Source of the DNA: Podarcis filfolensis
Lineage: Eukaryota
Assembly: GCA_964270895.1 (NCBI GenBank)
Contig: OZ185438.1
Reading direction: 5' to 3' (one strand)
Length of the DNA: 64,000 nt
Shown: one piece after another, positions 39,620 to 53,724 of the stretch
Layout of the letters: each line of letters begins with the position of its first letter
Position numbering within the stretch: position 1 is the first letter of the stretch
The notes under the pieces: model-generated
Databases searched by the model: none
The model's input: the letters and a program-made list of their open reading frames with translations, nothing else
What the model was told of the DNA's origin: nothing
Position numbers and translations under genes: made by a program

Positions 39620-39829
39620 CAGTGGTACCTTGGGTTACAGACGCTTCAGGTTACAGACTCTGCTAACCCAGCAATAGTACCTCGGGTTAAGAACTTTGCT
39701 TCAGGATGAGAACAGAAATCGTGCTCCAGTGGCACAGCAGCAGCAGGAGGCCCCATTAGCTAAAATGGTGCTTCAGGTTAAGAACAGACCTCCAGAACGA
39801 ATTAAGTTCTTAACCAAAAGGTACCACTG
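39620..39829 (+). mobile_element. Tc1/mariner MITE, copy 2 (210 bp, internal deletion)
   Basis: Same TIRs and body as 20928..21153; TA flanks mutated to AA and TG. Confidence 0.88.
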
Positions 39830-40647
39830 TGTTAGATTAGCTCTACGTGTGAATGCAATGCCACTAAAATAGATGGTTCATATTATAACACTATGAGGTA
39901 TCTTTTCAGGCTGCAGCCCAATTCTAGAACAAGTGGCAAGGTGTCCTTCTCGGAAAAAAGACTACTTCCTGAAAAGCCGGAAAGACACTGACAAAGTATG
40001 AAGTCTTCACTACAAACATTACTGAGGTGGACAAAACAGATGTCTGACTCATAAGGCAGCTACCTACATTCCTAAAAAAAAGCCTGAGGTCCATTTTTGC
40101 ATAACACACATACTGAAAAATGTGTGCCCAAACAGTCCTCCCTAGAAAGCATTAGGAGAAGCAATACTGTATTCACATGTATGCATTTTGCACACATACA
40201 CTCACACCCCAGAGATCACAATACCCACAGACTTTTAGGGCAGGTAGCAAATGGTCAGCCATGGCTCCAGGACAATTTAGCTTGCATAACAAGGAGTGTT
40301 ATAACAGTGGCTACAAGAACTAAGAAATGGCCTTTTAAAAAGCTCATTAAAGTAATGTCAAAAGAGGAAGGGAAGAGGTAAGAACCAAGATTTATGACAT
40401 TGCATTCCAGTTTTTCAGAGTGTGCTCCAGTTCAGCCTCTTTAAAACTCCCCTTTCAACATCTTTGGTTGACCTCTGCTGTATACTTACAATCACACACA
40501 CTAATCCCCTATTGTCCCATGTAATGTCCTGTTTATTAACTTCAGTATATCATGAAAAAAGCAGTGAACAACACTATAGACATATTATCTGCTGTATATG
40601 TGACTTTTCAACAAGCACATGTAGCAAAACACATTTTATTCAAAGTA

Positions 40648-41414
40648 CCGTATTTTTCGCTCTACACTTTTTTCTTCCTAAAATGTCTGTACATCTTGTG
40701 GAGTGAATGTGTGGTCCCTGGAGCCGAATTAATTGCCCAGGGGTGAAAAGCAGATTATGCTTTTTTTTGGGGGGGGAGGGAAGTGGATGTTGAAACAAAG
40801 CCGCTGATAGGCAAGCGATCAGGAGGGAGATAAGGCTGCTGGTAAAGGAGGCTGCCAGGGAAGGGGGGGAGATAAAGACAGCGAACTTGCAAGGAGAGGA
40901 GACAGGAATACTAAAACAAGCAATGAGGACAGAAATTAGAAGAAAAGGAGGAGCAAAAAACTGCTTCGGCTAAGGAAAAGACATTAAGGCACTAAGAGGG
41001 AAGTGGGTGTTGAAAGGAAGCAGCTGATCAGCAAGCAATCGGGACGGAGATAAGGGTCGAGGCTGCCTGGGAGGGGGGAGGTAAAAGCCCATGGATCCTC
41101 GGGATTTTTGCATTGGATCACCCCAAATTCACCATCAGATCACATAGCATGTCCATGGCTACAGCCTGCACCAAAAAAATCACGCACCCACTGTTTCATG
41201 GGGCCGCAATGGCACAAAACATGGTTACAAAGCATGGATCCACATGGATTCTCAGGATTTTTGCATTGGGCTACCCCAAACTCACCGTTAAATCACATGT
41301 CTGTGGCCACAGCATGAACCACAAAAATCATACATCCACTGTTTCGTTCAGAATATTTTTTTCCTGTTTTTCTCCTTTAAAAACTAGGTGCGTCTTATGG
41401 AGCAAAAAATACAG
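40648..41414. mobile_element. Tc1/mariner-superfamily (Tc2-like) non-autonomous element with internal duplications
   Basis: ta|ccgtatttttcgct ... agcaaaaaatacag|ta termini; two pairs of internal direct repeats. Confidence 0.7.
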
Positions 41415-41679
41415 TATATTAGGTAGGAGGCTGTATTTTCACATTTGTTTCCCTACTGGCCAACTCTCCATTCACTGATGCTGACAACTGATGAACAAGT
41501 TGCACAAAAAACTAAATTCATTTTCTACTGCCAAATCCCTTTTGGAGGATCAAGAAGACACAGCCAAGATCTTCCTTCTCCACTGTTCCAGGCCCATTGA
41601 ACTGCTTATTACAACAAAGCAGGAATGAAAGTGGGAGACCAATTCAAAATTTTAATATTGCAAATCTGGGTGTTTTCAC

Positions 41680-42274
41680 TAGGAATGGGGGACAAATTTG
41701 ATCTTATTTGCATTTCAGTGAGAAACTACCTAATTTGCACCTTTCGAACCAATACACCAGTGATGGCCAAACTTGGCCCTCCAGCTGATTTGGGACTACA
41801 ATTCCCATCATCCCTGACCACTGGTCCTGTTAGCTAGGGATGATGGGAGTTGTAGTCCCAAAACAGCTGGAGGACCAAGTTTAGCCATCACTGCAATATA
41901 CAAACTAAAACACGTTGATCTTTTAAAATTGCAATTTTCCTGGATTTTGCAGTGCAGTTTTCCCGGCAAGTAATATGCTCAAAAATGTAATGCTTTGCTA
42001 ATACATGCATTTTATGCACACTTAAACCACAGTTAACATACAAAAATGCATTATATTATGGAAATTGCTCTGCAGAAATTATATAAAGGCAAAATTGCAT
42101 ACAAAAATGTACACTATATATTCTATTGGGGAAAATTTGCACTAAAATCCCAAGTTTTTATGAGGGGTTTTATTTATAAAAAAAATAATAATCACAAACT
42201 GATGTGGAAATATGAAGAACTAAATTTAAGATTGTAAAATGAGAAACCAAAATTGACAAATTCACCTCATCCAA
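41680..42274. mobile_element. Older AT-rich hAT-like element hosting a nested MITE
   Basis: Imperfect termini taggaatgggggacaaatttg / caaattcacctcatccaa; interrupted at 41758-41893. Confidence 0.5.
41758..41893. mobile_element. Palindromic hAT MITE (136 bp), nested
   Basis: TIRs cagtgatggccaaacttgg / ccaagtttagccatcactg, inner arms ccagctg..tgggactacaattcccatcatccct / agggatgatgggagttgtagtccca..cagctgg; TSD caatacac / caatatac (7/8). Confidence 0.88.
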
Positions 42275-43605
42275 GTTAGCTTGAAGCTAATAATCAGAAG
42301 GTTTTTATGCACAGCAAAGCCAACACAGCTTAGAGAAACTTATACCAGCATTAAGCATCTTTTGGAATTGTAAGAGTCATACAAACTTCTGCTTGGCACT
42401 AATATTTGGAAAAATAAATAAAAAGCCACCCACCACAAAGAAAGATCTATTCTAATGCTCTTCTGCTGGGTGCACATTTCCTGTTATTCATGGAATAGTA
42501 TATCCAATTTCCATTCTTAGAAAATTTGTGTCCAAAATTTATCAGTTGTCTGAAAGCTTCCAAGTCCCATTCCAAATAAAAAAAGCAAAATCCAGATTTG
42601 CACCACAGGGATTTTAGCAAAGAAAACATAAGCATTTTATCTATCACTTGGCTGCCATCTTGCTATGTGCTTTGAGCACAGGGGAGAGAAAGAATTAAGA
42701 AAAAGGTAGATGGGATAATTTGTGTTTTCATTAAAAAACAACACCACACATACACACACCCCAAAGCATCATAACACCAGATCAAGCTGAGAGAACCATT
42801 ACTAATAAGCCTGATAACATGTACTGCCATAACATTTTTTAACTATCACTGTCATAATTTTAGGGGGGGGAGGCCCACCAATCCATAAAGAGTTAAGGGG
42901 TAGATGAAGGTGGGAAATTGAATGTTTAGAAATACAAACGAAGAAAGGGGGATATGTGGGGACTCAGTGAGGTGTTAGGGAGTGGCAATGGTGTCCTCCT
43001 ATGGGCAGTAGCACTGCCACTCACAAAGACACAGCACACGGAGGTTGGGGGAGTTCTAGTTTGGTGGCTTCCCCACAAGTGTGCACATACCTGCAGGCCA
43101 ACCGCTGCTGCCAACCACAGCTCCCCTGGCCTTACTGCTGCCTCACCACATCCCTGGCTGGGTAAATAGCAACAGTACCAGCTGCCTCACAAACTTCTGC
43201 TGATGGAAGCTGACACTCCTTGATTTTCCTTAGCAGTAGCCAAGCCTTGCTTCTAGTGCAACGCTAGAATCAAAAATCAAACTCCTCTCATTCTCACTAG
43301 GAAACTTCCACAAGACTTATTTCAACCTTCCTGATGCTGAATCCAAGCTATGATGTTCCCTCATAGAGAAGTCTTTCAAGAGCTTCTCTGAGCCCTCCTG
43401 CCCTGGGCTGAGGTGAGAACCAGTTTCAGTTTTCCCAGTTCTTCCTTCTACTAGGTGAACTTCCTCTCCACCTTAGAACTCTACTTTGCCTTACCTGTTC
43501 ATTAGGCAGATCCTGCACCTTACACAAGCATGTAAAGACAGAGCACAGACTCCTTATAATATAGGTGCACCATATGTTTAACTTCTGTTCTGCAATATTT
43601 TCCAC

Positions 43606-43741
43606 CAGGGCTTTTATTCAGGGAGAACTCACATGAACTCAGGTCTGGCACCTCTCAGGTGGGCACCATTGTCATTCTAAGAGAACAAGGGAGATGTTCA
43701 TGGTGAGTTCTGACACCTCTTTTTCTAGAGAAACACCACTG
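43606..43741. mobile_element. Short hAT-like MITE
   Basis: cagggcttttattc ... gaaacaccactg with flanks ttttccac / cttcccac (6/8); internal repeated gg/tgacacctct. Confidence 0.55.
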
Positions 43742-44950
43742 CTTCCCACACACGACGTTACCAAATATAATGTTCAGATTCTTAAAAGTCAGTATCCCTT
43801 AGCCAAATTGGAAAATAAAACATGAAACACATGAAACACAGTATCATCTCAGGAGTAATATGCCCTGATTTTTATAGCCTCCTAATCCAGTTCAATTTCT
43901 TACTTAAATAATTTCACCTTGCTTGGATTTGTGGAAAGCTTCCATGAGAATATCTACAGAGCAGTAAACGTTTGCCAGGTCATAACTTCCTTTTCACACT
44001 AAGAACTCACACTGACTACAATGAAAGATTTGCAACAAGAAAAAAAAGCAAAGCTTTAAAGCATTTGGCATTTAGGGATTTTATTTCATGAATCCTTTGA
44101 GTCTCTTTATCAGCACAATTGCTGTTCCAGGTGGTATGGGGCAAATAAATTATACTTTCTTTACATTTCTGTTTGTTTCAGCCTAATTTTAAATTTACAA
44201 ACTTGCAAATGGAAGACGTATGGGTTTCTCTGAAGCAGAGAGAAAATATGTGGGCATTACAGTTGGGATATTCATCAGGAGCACACATGTTTTCAGCAAA
44301 GGAATAGTTATTCGGGTGGATGGGGGAGGGCATTTTAAAAACAGTTGAGTCACAGAATACAAACCAAAGTAGTACTTTTCAAAGTTACACATCTATTTCA
44401 CTCCCCCCCCCATATGACTGAAGGTTTAAATATAGAAATGAGAGTATCTTCTCAATGGCAGATCCTTTTGTTCTTTTGAGTAAATGTTGAAAAAAATAAC
44501 ATTTGCCAGAAAATGTTAAAATAGCAAGACAAAAGTGAAGCTAGATTCAAACAGTTGATCTCATATCATATGGAAAAAGCAAAGATGTGAACAGGGGACC
44601 AAGCAGGACATAATAAAATGGTTCCCCTTTCTTGCCCCTAAGAGTGTATGGCATGGACCTAACACTTTCCTAACGGATTTTACCTGGTACTGATCCAGAA
44701 GCACAAGTGAGAACAAAACCCATGGAAATTGCATTCCCCAGATTCAATTATAGGAACATACTGAACAACTGGAAAATTTTACATCTCTGCAGATCCTTTT
44801 TAGAAGCAGAATCATATTGTTACCATCAGATATTACTGTGGGCAGATATTATCATGCTAACATAAGCATATGCTATTAATTATGCTATTTTATGAAAATT
44901 CAGTATTCTAGCCAAACATGTAAAAATGGGGCCAGGAACAAAGGATGGTA

Positions 44951-45131
44951 CCTTCTACTGAGTCAGACAGTGGGTCCTATCCAGCTCAACATTGTCCACA
45001 TTGACTGGTAGCGGCGGTTCCCCAGTATGTTGTGTTAGGCAAGAGTCTTTCCAATCTCCACCTGGAGATGCTGGGGATTGAATATGGGATCTTTGGCATG
45101 AAAAGCATGTGCTCTGCCACTGAGCTTCCCC
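44951..45131 (-). mobile_element. tRNA-derived squamate SINE (Squam3-type)
   Basis: Minus strand: agctcagtggcagagcacatgcttttcatgccaaagatcccatattcaatccccagcatctccagg (A box and degenerate B box), body ending gtctgactcagtagaagg. Confidence 0.75.
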
Positions 45132-47084
45132 AAATATCTTCTGAATAATACAAATCAAGTTGAAACACAACTCCAAGGTCCAGTTTATGTACTCACTGGG
45201 CTAGCATTCTGAGTCAAAAACATGGAGGAAAGGCACACTCATTTCCCATTCATACAGCATCACATGTTAAGGAAATGTTCCACCTCCAAGGCCCATGATC
45301 ACCTCCACATAGAGCACACACGTCACATCATCACTTCTGATCTGTTATAATTCAACTTATACACATCACTTCCCCTTAAAAGGTTACCATGCATATGGAC
45401 CTTGGCCCAGAAGGCTCAGAAAAAGGTGCTATGTATGAATAAGTGAACTGGAGAACAAATCAGGCCTTGGACTTCAAATCTGACAAGTTCAATAGTATTC
45501 AGTACATCTCTCTCCAAGAGATATTCCCCGAGTCAGTTTGTAAAGACTCAAATGCACATTTTTAATCACATAGGGAGGCAAATATGTGAAAAGAAATGTT
45601 GTGAATACTACACATACACCACTCCAAGTAGCTTCTGAGCATGAGCATGATCAACCATTCGCTGTGGATGAGAGTATTACTAATAGTGTTGATATGCCTT
45701 TAATCAACAAAATATGAAATACTGTAAGTACTTTTAATGATGGCATGAAAAATACTGACATGAGCTAACAGAAAATTAATCAGACAATTCAGATGCCATG
45801 AGTTTTGCCTTGCGCCACAAGATCAAAAGACTTCTGGAGAACAGACATATGTGTATAGAAAATTGCAAACAACAGATCCCAGCTACATAAATTGTGGATA
45901 TCTGAACTTTAGAATATTTCAAAAGGCAAAAATAGACAAGTCCAAACTAAAATTATTTAATATTCAGCCAAATAGGGATCTCCAAAGACTCTGAATGCTA
46001 ATGCTTCAACCAGCATTAAGAAACAAGTAACTGGGTTAATTCTGCCCATTACCAAGAACAAAGAAGGGGCATCCATTGATTTTATTTTCTTTAAAGTTCT
46101 TAAGAATGTAGCAAGTGTCTTTTCACTTGTATTGTATACAGCAAGTGGCATTTTTAGGTTGTGAGCGATAAAAGCTCAATGTAACACAGTTAAATCTTTT
46201 CTTACTACAAGGCAAAGATAAAATTACATGACATTGCCTTGAAAAGTCATGGCAAGGGGGAGTGGGGACTTGACAGCTCTTCCAGGCTCTATTTACTGTT
46301 CTTGCAGCATTCACAGTAACTGTGATCCATAATCAAACAAGGACACAGTATCATGTTATCCACAAGCTTGATAGAATATAACTCAATGTGCAAATTGGGT
46401 ACAACAGTGGAGCTTGTGTAACTGCTGATGCACATAATGTTCTGCTTCAATGAGGTCATGAAGAAGGACTGGCCATGATCCTAAAATTTCCCAACCATGA
46501 GAATCATTCGTATTTGAAGAAGTAAGAAAGCAGGCATTAAACACATATACTTTTAAAAGGTCTGTGACTTTTAAGTAAATAAAAACGGATTGTTCCAGAT
46601 AGTAAACAACAATTAGGATGCCTTCTTATCAAACAAAGCAGTGTATCATGTAGCAATTTAAATATCAAGTGTGAAAATAGGTGCTAAACCGAAATCATCA
46701 GAGTAAATAAAGGAGCAAAAAGGTCAAAGAAGGTCTGACAACTTTATAGTCTTGACTTTGCCATGACAGATGTCCGAAACACACTAAGCTTCTTGTTCCA
46801 AGTGACACAAGTTTCATCCTGGTTTCTAATTAAGGTGTTAAACAGCTCTATGTCCAACAAGCTTTTAATGATGTTTGTTCACCCATCAAAACCAAATACA
46901 AATGTTGCTTTTTTTACTTTAAAAGAAATTGTGAAACTCAGAATTTAACACTTCATGAAGCTGTGTGTATCTTTCAGTTTTACCTGAGATAATGCTGGAA
47001 ACAAACTAATTCACTTTCTGATTCTTCAGTATATGCTAACTGTATAGTTTTGTCTAAAATACTGATCTCGTATGTATAAGTTCC

Positions 47085-47462
47085 AGCCTCAGTCCTGTAT
47101 ACCTGAAGGAGCGTCTCCACCCCCATTGTTCAGCCCGGACACTGAGGTCCAACACTGAAGCCCTTCTGGTGGTTCCCTCACTGCAAGAAGTGAGGTTACA
47201 GGGAACCAGGCAGAGGGCCTTCTTGGCAGTGGCGCCTGCCCTGTGGAATGCCCTCCCTTCAGATGTCAAGGAAATAAGCAACTAGGCCTATCTTACTTTT
47301 AGAAGACATCTGAAGGCAGCCCTGTTTAGGGAAGTTTTTAATGTTTAATGCTGTAATGTGTTTTTAATATTCAGCTGGGAGCCACCCAGAGTGGCTGGGG
47401 AAACCCAGCCAGATGGGTGGGGTATAAATAAATTATTAGTAGCATTAGTATTAGTATTATTA
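47085..47462 (+). mobile_element. L2 LINE 3' end, same family as 6301..6648
   Basis: Close match to the ORF2 end and 3' UTR, with a 7-nt insertion (taggcct); tail decayed to TTA/TAG/TATTAG. Confidence 0.87.
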
Positions 47463-47829
47463 AAAGTGTTACAAATCTTGTTGTCACAGAACAGATACAA
47501 GGATAACCTTGGCTAACTACTTCACGCTCACCTTCATCTACCCTACAGGCTTGTGGGAGGATAAAATGGGGATGCACTCTCCTAAATTCCTTGATGGGGA
47601 GGGTAGGATACAAATGTTACACTACTAATTATCATTTTATATAAATGTTTTATTGTATTCTTTACATCATTTGCCACTTTGGTACCAGGCCAAGTTTAAG
47701 GTTCTTGTGCTAGTTTGAAAAACCCTAAACAACTTGAGCCTAAAGTACGTAAGGGCCGTGCTCCACCAGACCATCAAGATCTTCTGATGGGGCATTCTTG
47801 GTGGTCCTCCTGAAGTTCAGCCTGCCTTT

Positions 47830-48310
47830 AGAAAAGTCCAATATCCAGGGTTGGTTTCAGATAATAGCGCTGGGTGATTAAGTGTTGTCCCCTGGGAACT
47901 GCACCACAAGATGCCTCTATTTAACATCTACATGAGGCCATTGAGAGCACTCATTAGATTGGGGTGAGGTGTGATTAGTACGCCACTGATACCCGGCTCT
48001 ATGTCTTTGAATCAGCAGAGACTGTGCAAGCCCTAGACTGGAGCCTGGACTTGGGTGTGGGCTGGATGAGGGCCACTAAATCAACACTCAATCCTGGCAA
48101 GCTGGAGGTGCGGTGGGTGGGCTACTCCTGAGTCCAGGCAGTTGGTCAACCGCCTGCTTTGGATAAGGTTGTATTCCCCCTGAAGGAGCAGGTTTATAAA
48201 CCGGAGGTGCTCTTAGATCCATCTCTGTCACTCTAGGCCCAGGTAACCTCACTAGCTAGAATTGCCTTCTACCAACACATCTAAAATATTTATTGCAGCT
48301 GGTATCCGTC
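47830..48310 (+). mobile_element. Decayed L2 reverse-transcriptase fragment
   Basis: Fragments translate to LFNIYMRPL, a degenerate YADD-like site (tacgccactgatacc), WMRA..LNPGK and PLKEQV..VLLDPSLSL, with frameshifts and stops. Confidence 0.7.
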
Positions 48311-51300
48311 CTGGATCTGAATTGATTTTATGTATGTATTGCTGTTTTAAACTGTTTTTATAGTTACCGTTCTTGCAATTGTTTTTATAGGCAATTGTAT
48401 TTAACTGTTTTTATATATGTAACAGTTTTGTAAGTCATTTTTATTGCAAATAACTTCAAGAAACCTCATGGTAAGCAATTCATAAACAAAATAAGCAACA
48501 ACAATAGCCAATTTGTCCTGAGAATCCCATCTGTGCAGAAGCAATGACCGAAAGTACCAAAAGTTTACAACCAATGCTTACACAGGAGGATGCTCAGAGT
48601 AGATAAATTATATGATCCCACATAAAGCTTAGGTCTTTACTGTTGCTAAGGATGAAACATTACAAGGAATAAAACTTTATGTTCAGGTTACACTGAACAT
48701 GTGGGGATGTGGTACTAGTTCATAACATTTCTTCATCTTTTCAATGTTAAATTCACATCTCTATAGCAAATTTTACAAGTGGGGGTATTTAAAAAATACT
48801 GATTTTCAAATCTTAAAAAAGGTATTAATAACTTCAATTAGAGAATGTCCAGCAACCACAGCGATATTGTTCAATTACCCAATGCCATTGTCATGCAGAT
48901 ATACTTAATCAAAATAAGGATACCATAAAATGTAAACAAACTTGAAGTTTACTCCACAACAGAAAAACACCAATGAGGAGGAAATGTCCACCTCCCATTT
49001 AGTTGCCAGCTGAAATTTAAGAAATACTTAGCAAATCTGTAATTTCCTCACAGATAGCTAAAAATGGATGGATATTTGTTTTCAGAGGCTTAAATAGTAG
49101 GTGTCAGCTGTCCAACTTGTGCAAGTTTTCAAGCAACAACTTCTGACCTTGCCTAAATTTTTTCTCAGCAAATGCTTTTAATGAACTTTACATCCGTAAC
49201 TGCCACCCAGTGAGTGAATAATGAGAGTTACAGATATCAGACAGCAGTATAGTCCAGAACCAAACAAATATTAACAACCGTTAAGCGGACAGCTCCCTTC
49301 CTGCTGAGCACAGCCAAACTCCAAATCAGCACTTTTGCCACCCAAGAACAAAAATATCTAGCTCACAGAGAAGCACTGGATCCAGACCCATCTTTTAAGG
49401 GGAGAAGTGATGGGTATGTGTCTCTTAAGACATTGAGCCCATACAGATGGCATCAAACCTGCAGAGAGCACTGTCTCATTCCAGAGTAGTTGGTCATCTG
49501 TATCATCTTCCCAAGAGGGAAAAATATAGTACTTTGCCACATATGAAATGCAGGTCTATGGAAAAGCACGTGGTGAAATGATCATCTGTATGGTCTTATT
49601 CATCCATCAAGTCCTGTAAAATCAGTATTTGCATTGATGACTAACCTTAATGAACATTGAGTAGCTTGACTCTTGCGTAAAAGGTTTTATATTGCCCCTT
49701 GTATCTTTACTTCTTGGGAGGAGGAAGTCAAGCCAAAACCGAAACCAGTAGTTCTTTTAATGAGATGCTTTTGCAGTGAAACAAAACTTAGATTTAACTG
49801 TAAATGTCAACCCCCTGAATACACAAAACCAGTAACCCGGTCAAAACAAGTGATTCAAGAAACAAAAGTTCGGGAGAGTCTCTCTTTGGGGGGCTGATAA
49901 GAAAGGCTGTCCACTCATTCTCCCCCTCCAACGTTACGACCAAACCAACTGAAATGCAGATGAGCCATGATCTGAAATTCCAACTTTTTCTCCTTAAAAG
50001 CAACTGTGAGGGTTTCCAAATTGATTATGACCCAATTATGAAGGAAGGGGGTTTAATCCTGTAAATATACAGCTTCCCTGTTCAAGATACTTCCTTTCCT
50101 GCTTCCACCCCTCAGCAAAGTTGCAGTTTGCCCTGCAGGGGTAAATATACGGATAGAGAGGCAAGCAAAAGAGTATATATTTTCCAGGTAATGACTAGAG
50201 AAGAGACAAACATGGTAAAGGCTCCAAAATAATTTCTGCATTTGTTTTGACTTGTTTTTCTCAGACAAAAAGAAAGGACTAAAATAGTGAACCAGTGGGC
50301 TAGTTTGAAATTTCAAAAGAATTATATATCAAATGATGAACGGAGCCTGGTGTGGCTTCTTCAAATCAGAAATGTCTTCTTCATTTACATAACAGGACCA
50401 AATCAGAAATGGTTAAACGCATTTTTGTGTTTGACACAAAATATTTTTAAAATGCAGATAGCATCAGCACTGGGACTCATAATTAACAGGATTGCAGCAA
50501 GCATGTGCTCTTTCCTCCCCTGATGCATTGCTGAGAAGCCATTGATCCTCCACTGATAATATTTTCAGTAAAAGTGAAAACAAGGCTTCTGGATAAAGGC
50601 CCTGTCAAGTAGGGTTGTTATTGGTTTTTGCTAGTCAATGTTTAGTGTAATTCATCTAAACTGTGCTATAACGTCTTCCACCACCTACTAAATCACTGAG
50701 CAACAGGGCTCTAGGATTAGTTAACTGACACATTACAAATTAATACATCTTTAGGTCCAAATGGCACACAATGAGAGTTCTTAATGTTGTCAAATAAAAT
50801 TGTCTATCTTGTAACACAAATACGCAACTCACCACTAAAAGTCAGCCTTCTAACCAAATGACTAGAAGGTAAATATTGTAACAGGGATCTGTCAAGGCAC
50901 ATTAATTGAAAGCATTATTCAGTGCTAGAACTGTTAATCATATAGAAGGACAAGCACTGCTGATAGGCGGAATAAGCAAGGCTTCTGCAAATCCTGCTTC
51001 ACCAATCCTTTGCAGGACTGGGTTTCTTCTAGATCAGTAAGTGATTAAAGAACATGATGTAAAGGGTAGGAGTAAAACAACAATTTTCATAATTTAAACA
51101 AAAAAGTAGTGAGATCCCCTACCTGTACTTGGAATAAATGTTCTATTTCATGTATTTATAAGTAGCTTTGAATCAAAGGTAGCAAAGTTGGTGGACAGCA
51201 CCAAAATATTCAATATGGCTTTAAAAAATGGAAAAATGGAAAAATCAAATAACTCCAAAGGATTTCTCCAGTCTGGGCTCAACAGGCAACAATATGCTGA

Positions 51301-51565
51301 AAAAAAGTTCATTGTTAAGTAAATATAAAGTGATAGCCATGGCAGGAGATGGGGTTCTAATTTCACCTATAAACTAATGAGGTCTGAAATTATAGTAATA
51401 ATCAGAAAAGATATCAAGGTGAAATTTTCAATAAAAATATCAACCAAGTATAGTAATGGTGAAAAAGACATGTTAAAAAGTATTTAAATTAAGTCTTTTG
51501 GTATTATAAAGCCTTTATACAAATGTATGGGGCAACTGCATGTAAAATACTGCATACAGTTCTTG

Positions 51566-51795
51566 CTCAACTCAACCTCAAAAAAAGGCTATTTGTAGAG
51601 CTGGAAAAGGTGTAGAATAGTATCTAAAACTTTCATGAAGTACCAGATTATAAGGAAAAGATAAGGTATTAGGACTTCTTTATTTAGGTAAAAGGCAACT
51701 GGGACATAATATGAGTTTATGAAATTATTCATCATTAAGAGAAATTTCTCTCTCATAATACTAGAATTTTGGTCCACTAGATGAAATCGAATAAC
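51566..51795 (+). mobile_element. Old CR1 ORF2 3' fragment
   Basis: gtagagctggaaaagg (ELEK), tataaggaaaagataagg..ttaggac, aaaaggcaactg and tctcataatactagaa resemble the CR1 ORF2 C-terminal region. Confidence 0.55.
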
Positions 51796-52062
51796 AATAT
51801 TATCCATGTTTCCTCAAAAGTGAGACTCAGTGTTCAGTGTGGCTTGTTTCATGAATCTGAGGAAGTGGGGTGTAGTTCAAGAATGCTTGTGCCATAATGA
51901 AGTTGTTAGTCCCTTGCATCAAAAACTAGTCTAATATGGCTACCCCTCTGAAGACAGTCTTCAAAGTTATACATCATACTTCTCCTGTGATATGAAAATG
52001 TTTGACAAACAGAACAAAATATTTCATTGTTTTCCCAAATTTCCACTTTTTCCCAAGGGGCG

Positions 52063-52063
<1 letters not shown>

Positions 52064-52101
<38 letters not shown>
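52064..52101. repeat. (CA)n microsatellite
   Basis: Direct reading. Confidence 0.95.
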
Positions 52102-52104
<3 letters not shown>

Positions 52105-53724
52105 TGCTTTTATATGGCTTCAAAATTTCTGCAAGTTTTACATCCGTAAGTCCTAGAGCCGTTGATTCTCCAATCCCAATTACGGAGAGCAAGACATACA
52201 AAGGTTAGAGAAAACTGTGCGACTAGAGACATGGGAATGCTGTTTAAAAGTTTTACGCAGTAAATCTGTTACTTACTTTGAAATAGACTTGACTGTTAAT
52301 TTGTCTACTGTCTCAAAGCACTGTCTGTCTTTAAATCTGTTTGATCAACTCTGCTTCGGCACTGTTTGAACTACTGTTACATGGCACTTAATCAACTGCT
52401 TTATAGATGGCAAAGATTTACAGCTGATTAGCCTGCATAGTTCAGTTGTTTTTGCTAAAAGTTCTAGGAAAGGATTGTTTTTGTGCCCAAATTGCTCAAA
52501 AGAATGGAAAAGGGGCTTGGTTAGAATCTGCAGTGTGAATATCCCAGATTCTCAACACAGTGCTCACTGAAGCAGATAAAGCCACATTAAAGGAGCATTT
52601 ACTGCTTCAAAATGCCAGCCTTAATAAGTATCTTTTTGTGTGTGCTTTTTTAAAAGCCTTGGTACACCACTTTTCCCCACATCCCTTTATTGAGCAGACA
52701 TGCATATACTATAGCTGGAGATGTAAAAGTAAGCCTCAAATGTTTCATTAGGAAAGAGCTACGAGGTTTACATTACTAGTCCTCAACAGTGGCACAATTC
52801 AGAAGTTAGCAATGATTCTGTGTCCTTTGGAGCGAGGGGAAAGCAGTACTCAGCAATGAATGCTTTATCTTTGGCAAGTTAAGTTCAAAAATTCAGTTAC
52901 AGACCAAGAATACAGTGATCAAAACAGGGACAAATAATTCAGTAGAAGAGAGAAGCAAGACACCCAGTGGTTTCCTCTGCAAAATATAATCTTAGTGGAA
53001 ATTTGTATCAGTGAGTAAATGCAGGGTGTCACTAAACATGAAACGCAAATCCTTCTTACTGATAAATGGCTCCTTCTCCCCTCAGTGGTTACAGAAACTG
53101 CAAGTATAAAGGAAATTACATACAACTAGCTCAATTCTGAAAGACAGACACATCGTAATGTTAAAACACCCTATCCTTCAATACATCTGAAGCAAGTTCC
53201 TGTGTATTTACTGCAAGACAGTACACTTGAAAGCATAGATTGCATCTGCATTTAACAAGGCATTTTTAATGCAAAAGAAAATAACGTCTGAAACATAAAG
53301 AGCATTTAGAACTGGGAAAGAACAGCTTTTAAAGGGTAGTTTAAAGCAGCTGTTTTTCAGCATGGCCAGCTACTGTCTTTTGATAGATAGGCACAAGGCA
53401 GAAGGGTTTGAAACTGTTAAGCAAACAAGTGTTCTAATCACATCAACAGGATGCATGCTTCCACTTTTGAAGTCAGCCATCCATTGAAGGGGCTTGATGG
53501 TAACTTCTTTGTTAGCAATTGTTTCCAAAGTGGAGAGATTCTTTAAGAAAAATGCAGGGATCTTAATACTTATTGATATGGACAGAATTCTAAACTCTGG
53601 CTACTTGTACAAAAGGAATTCTGTAATGTGTTTTGTCAAAGGTAAGGCAGGAATGGGAAACTTCTGCAGCTCCAGATGCTGTTGGACCATTGCTCCCATC
53701 ATTCTAGACTAGGGCAATGATGGA

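Noticed and set aside
44951-45131. tRNA gene
   Set aside because: A and B boxes are followed by a SINE body, the B box is degenerate and no cloverleaf closes; it is a SINE.
49358-49540. Protein-like ORF MAKYYIFPSWEDDTDDQLLW...
   Set aside because: Only 60 aa, no recognisable family and no convincing splice context.
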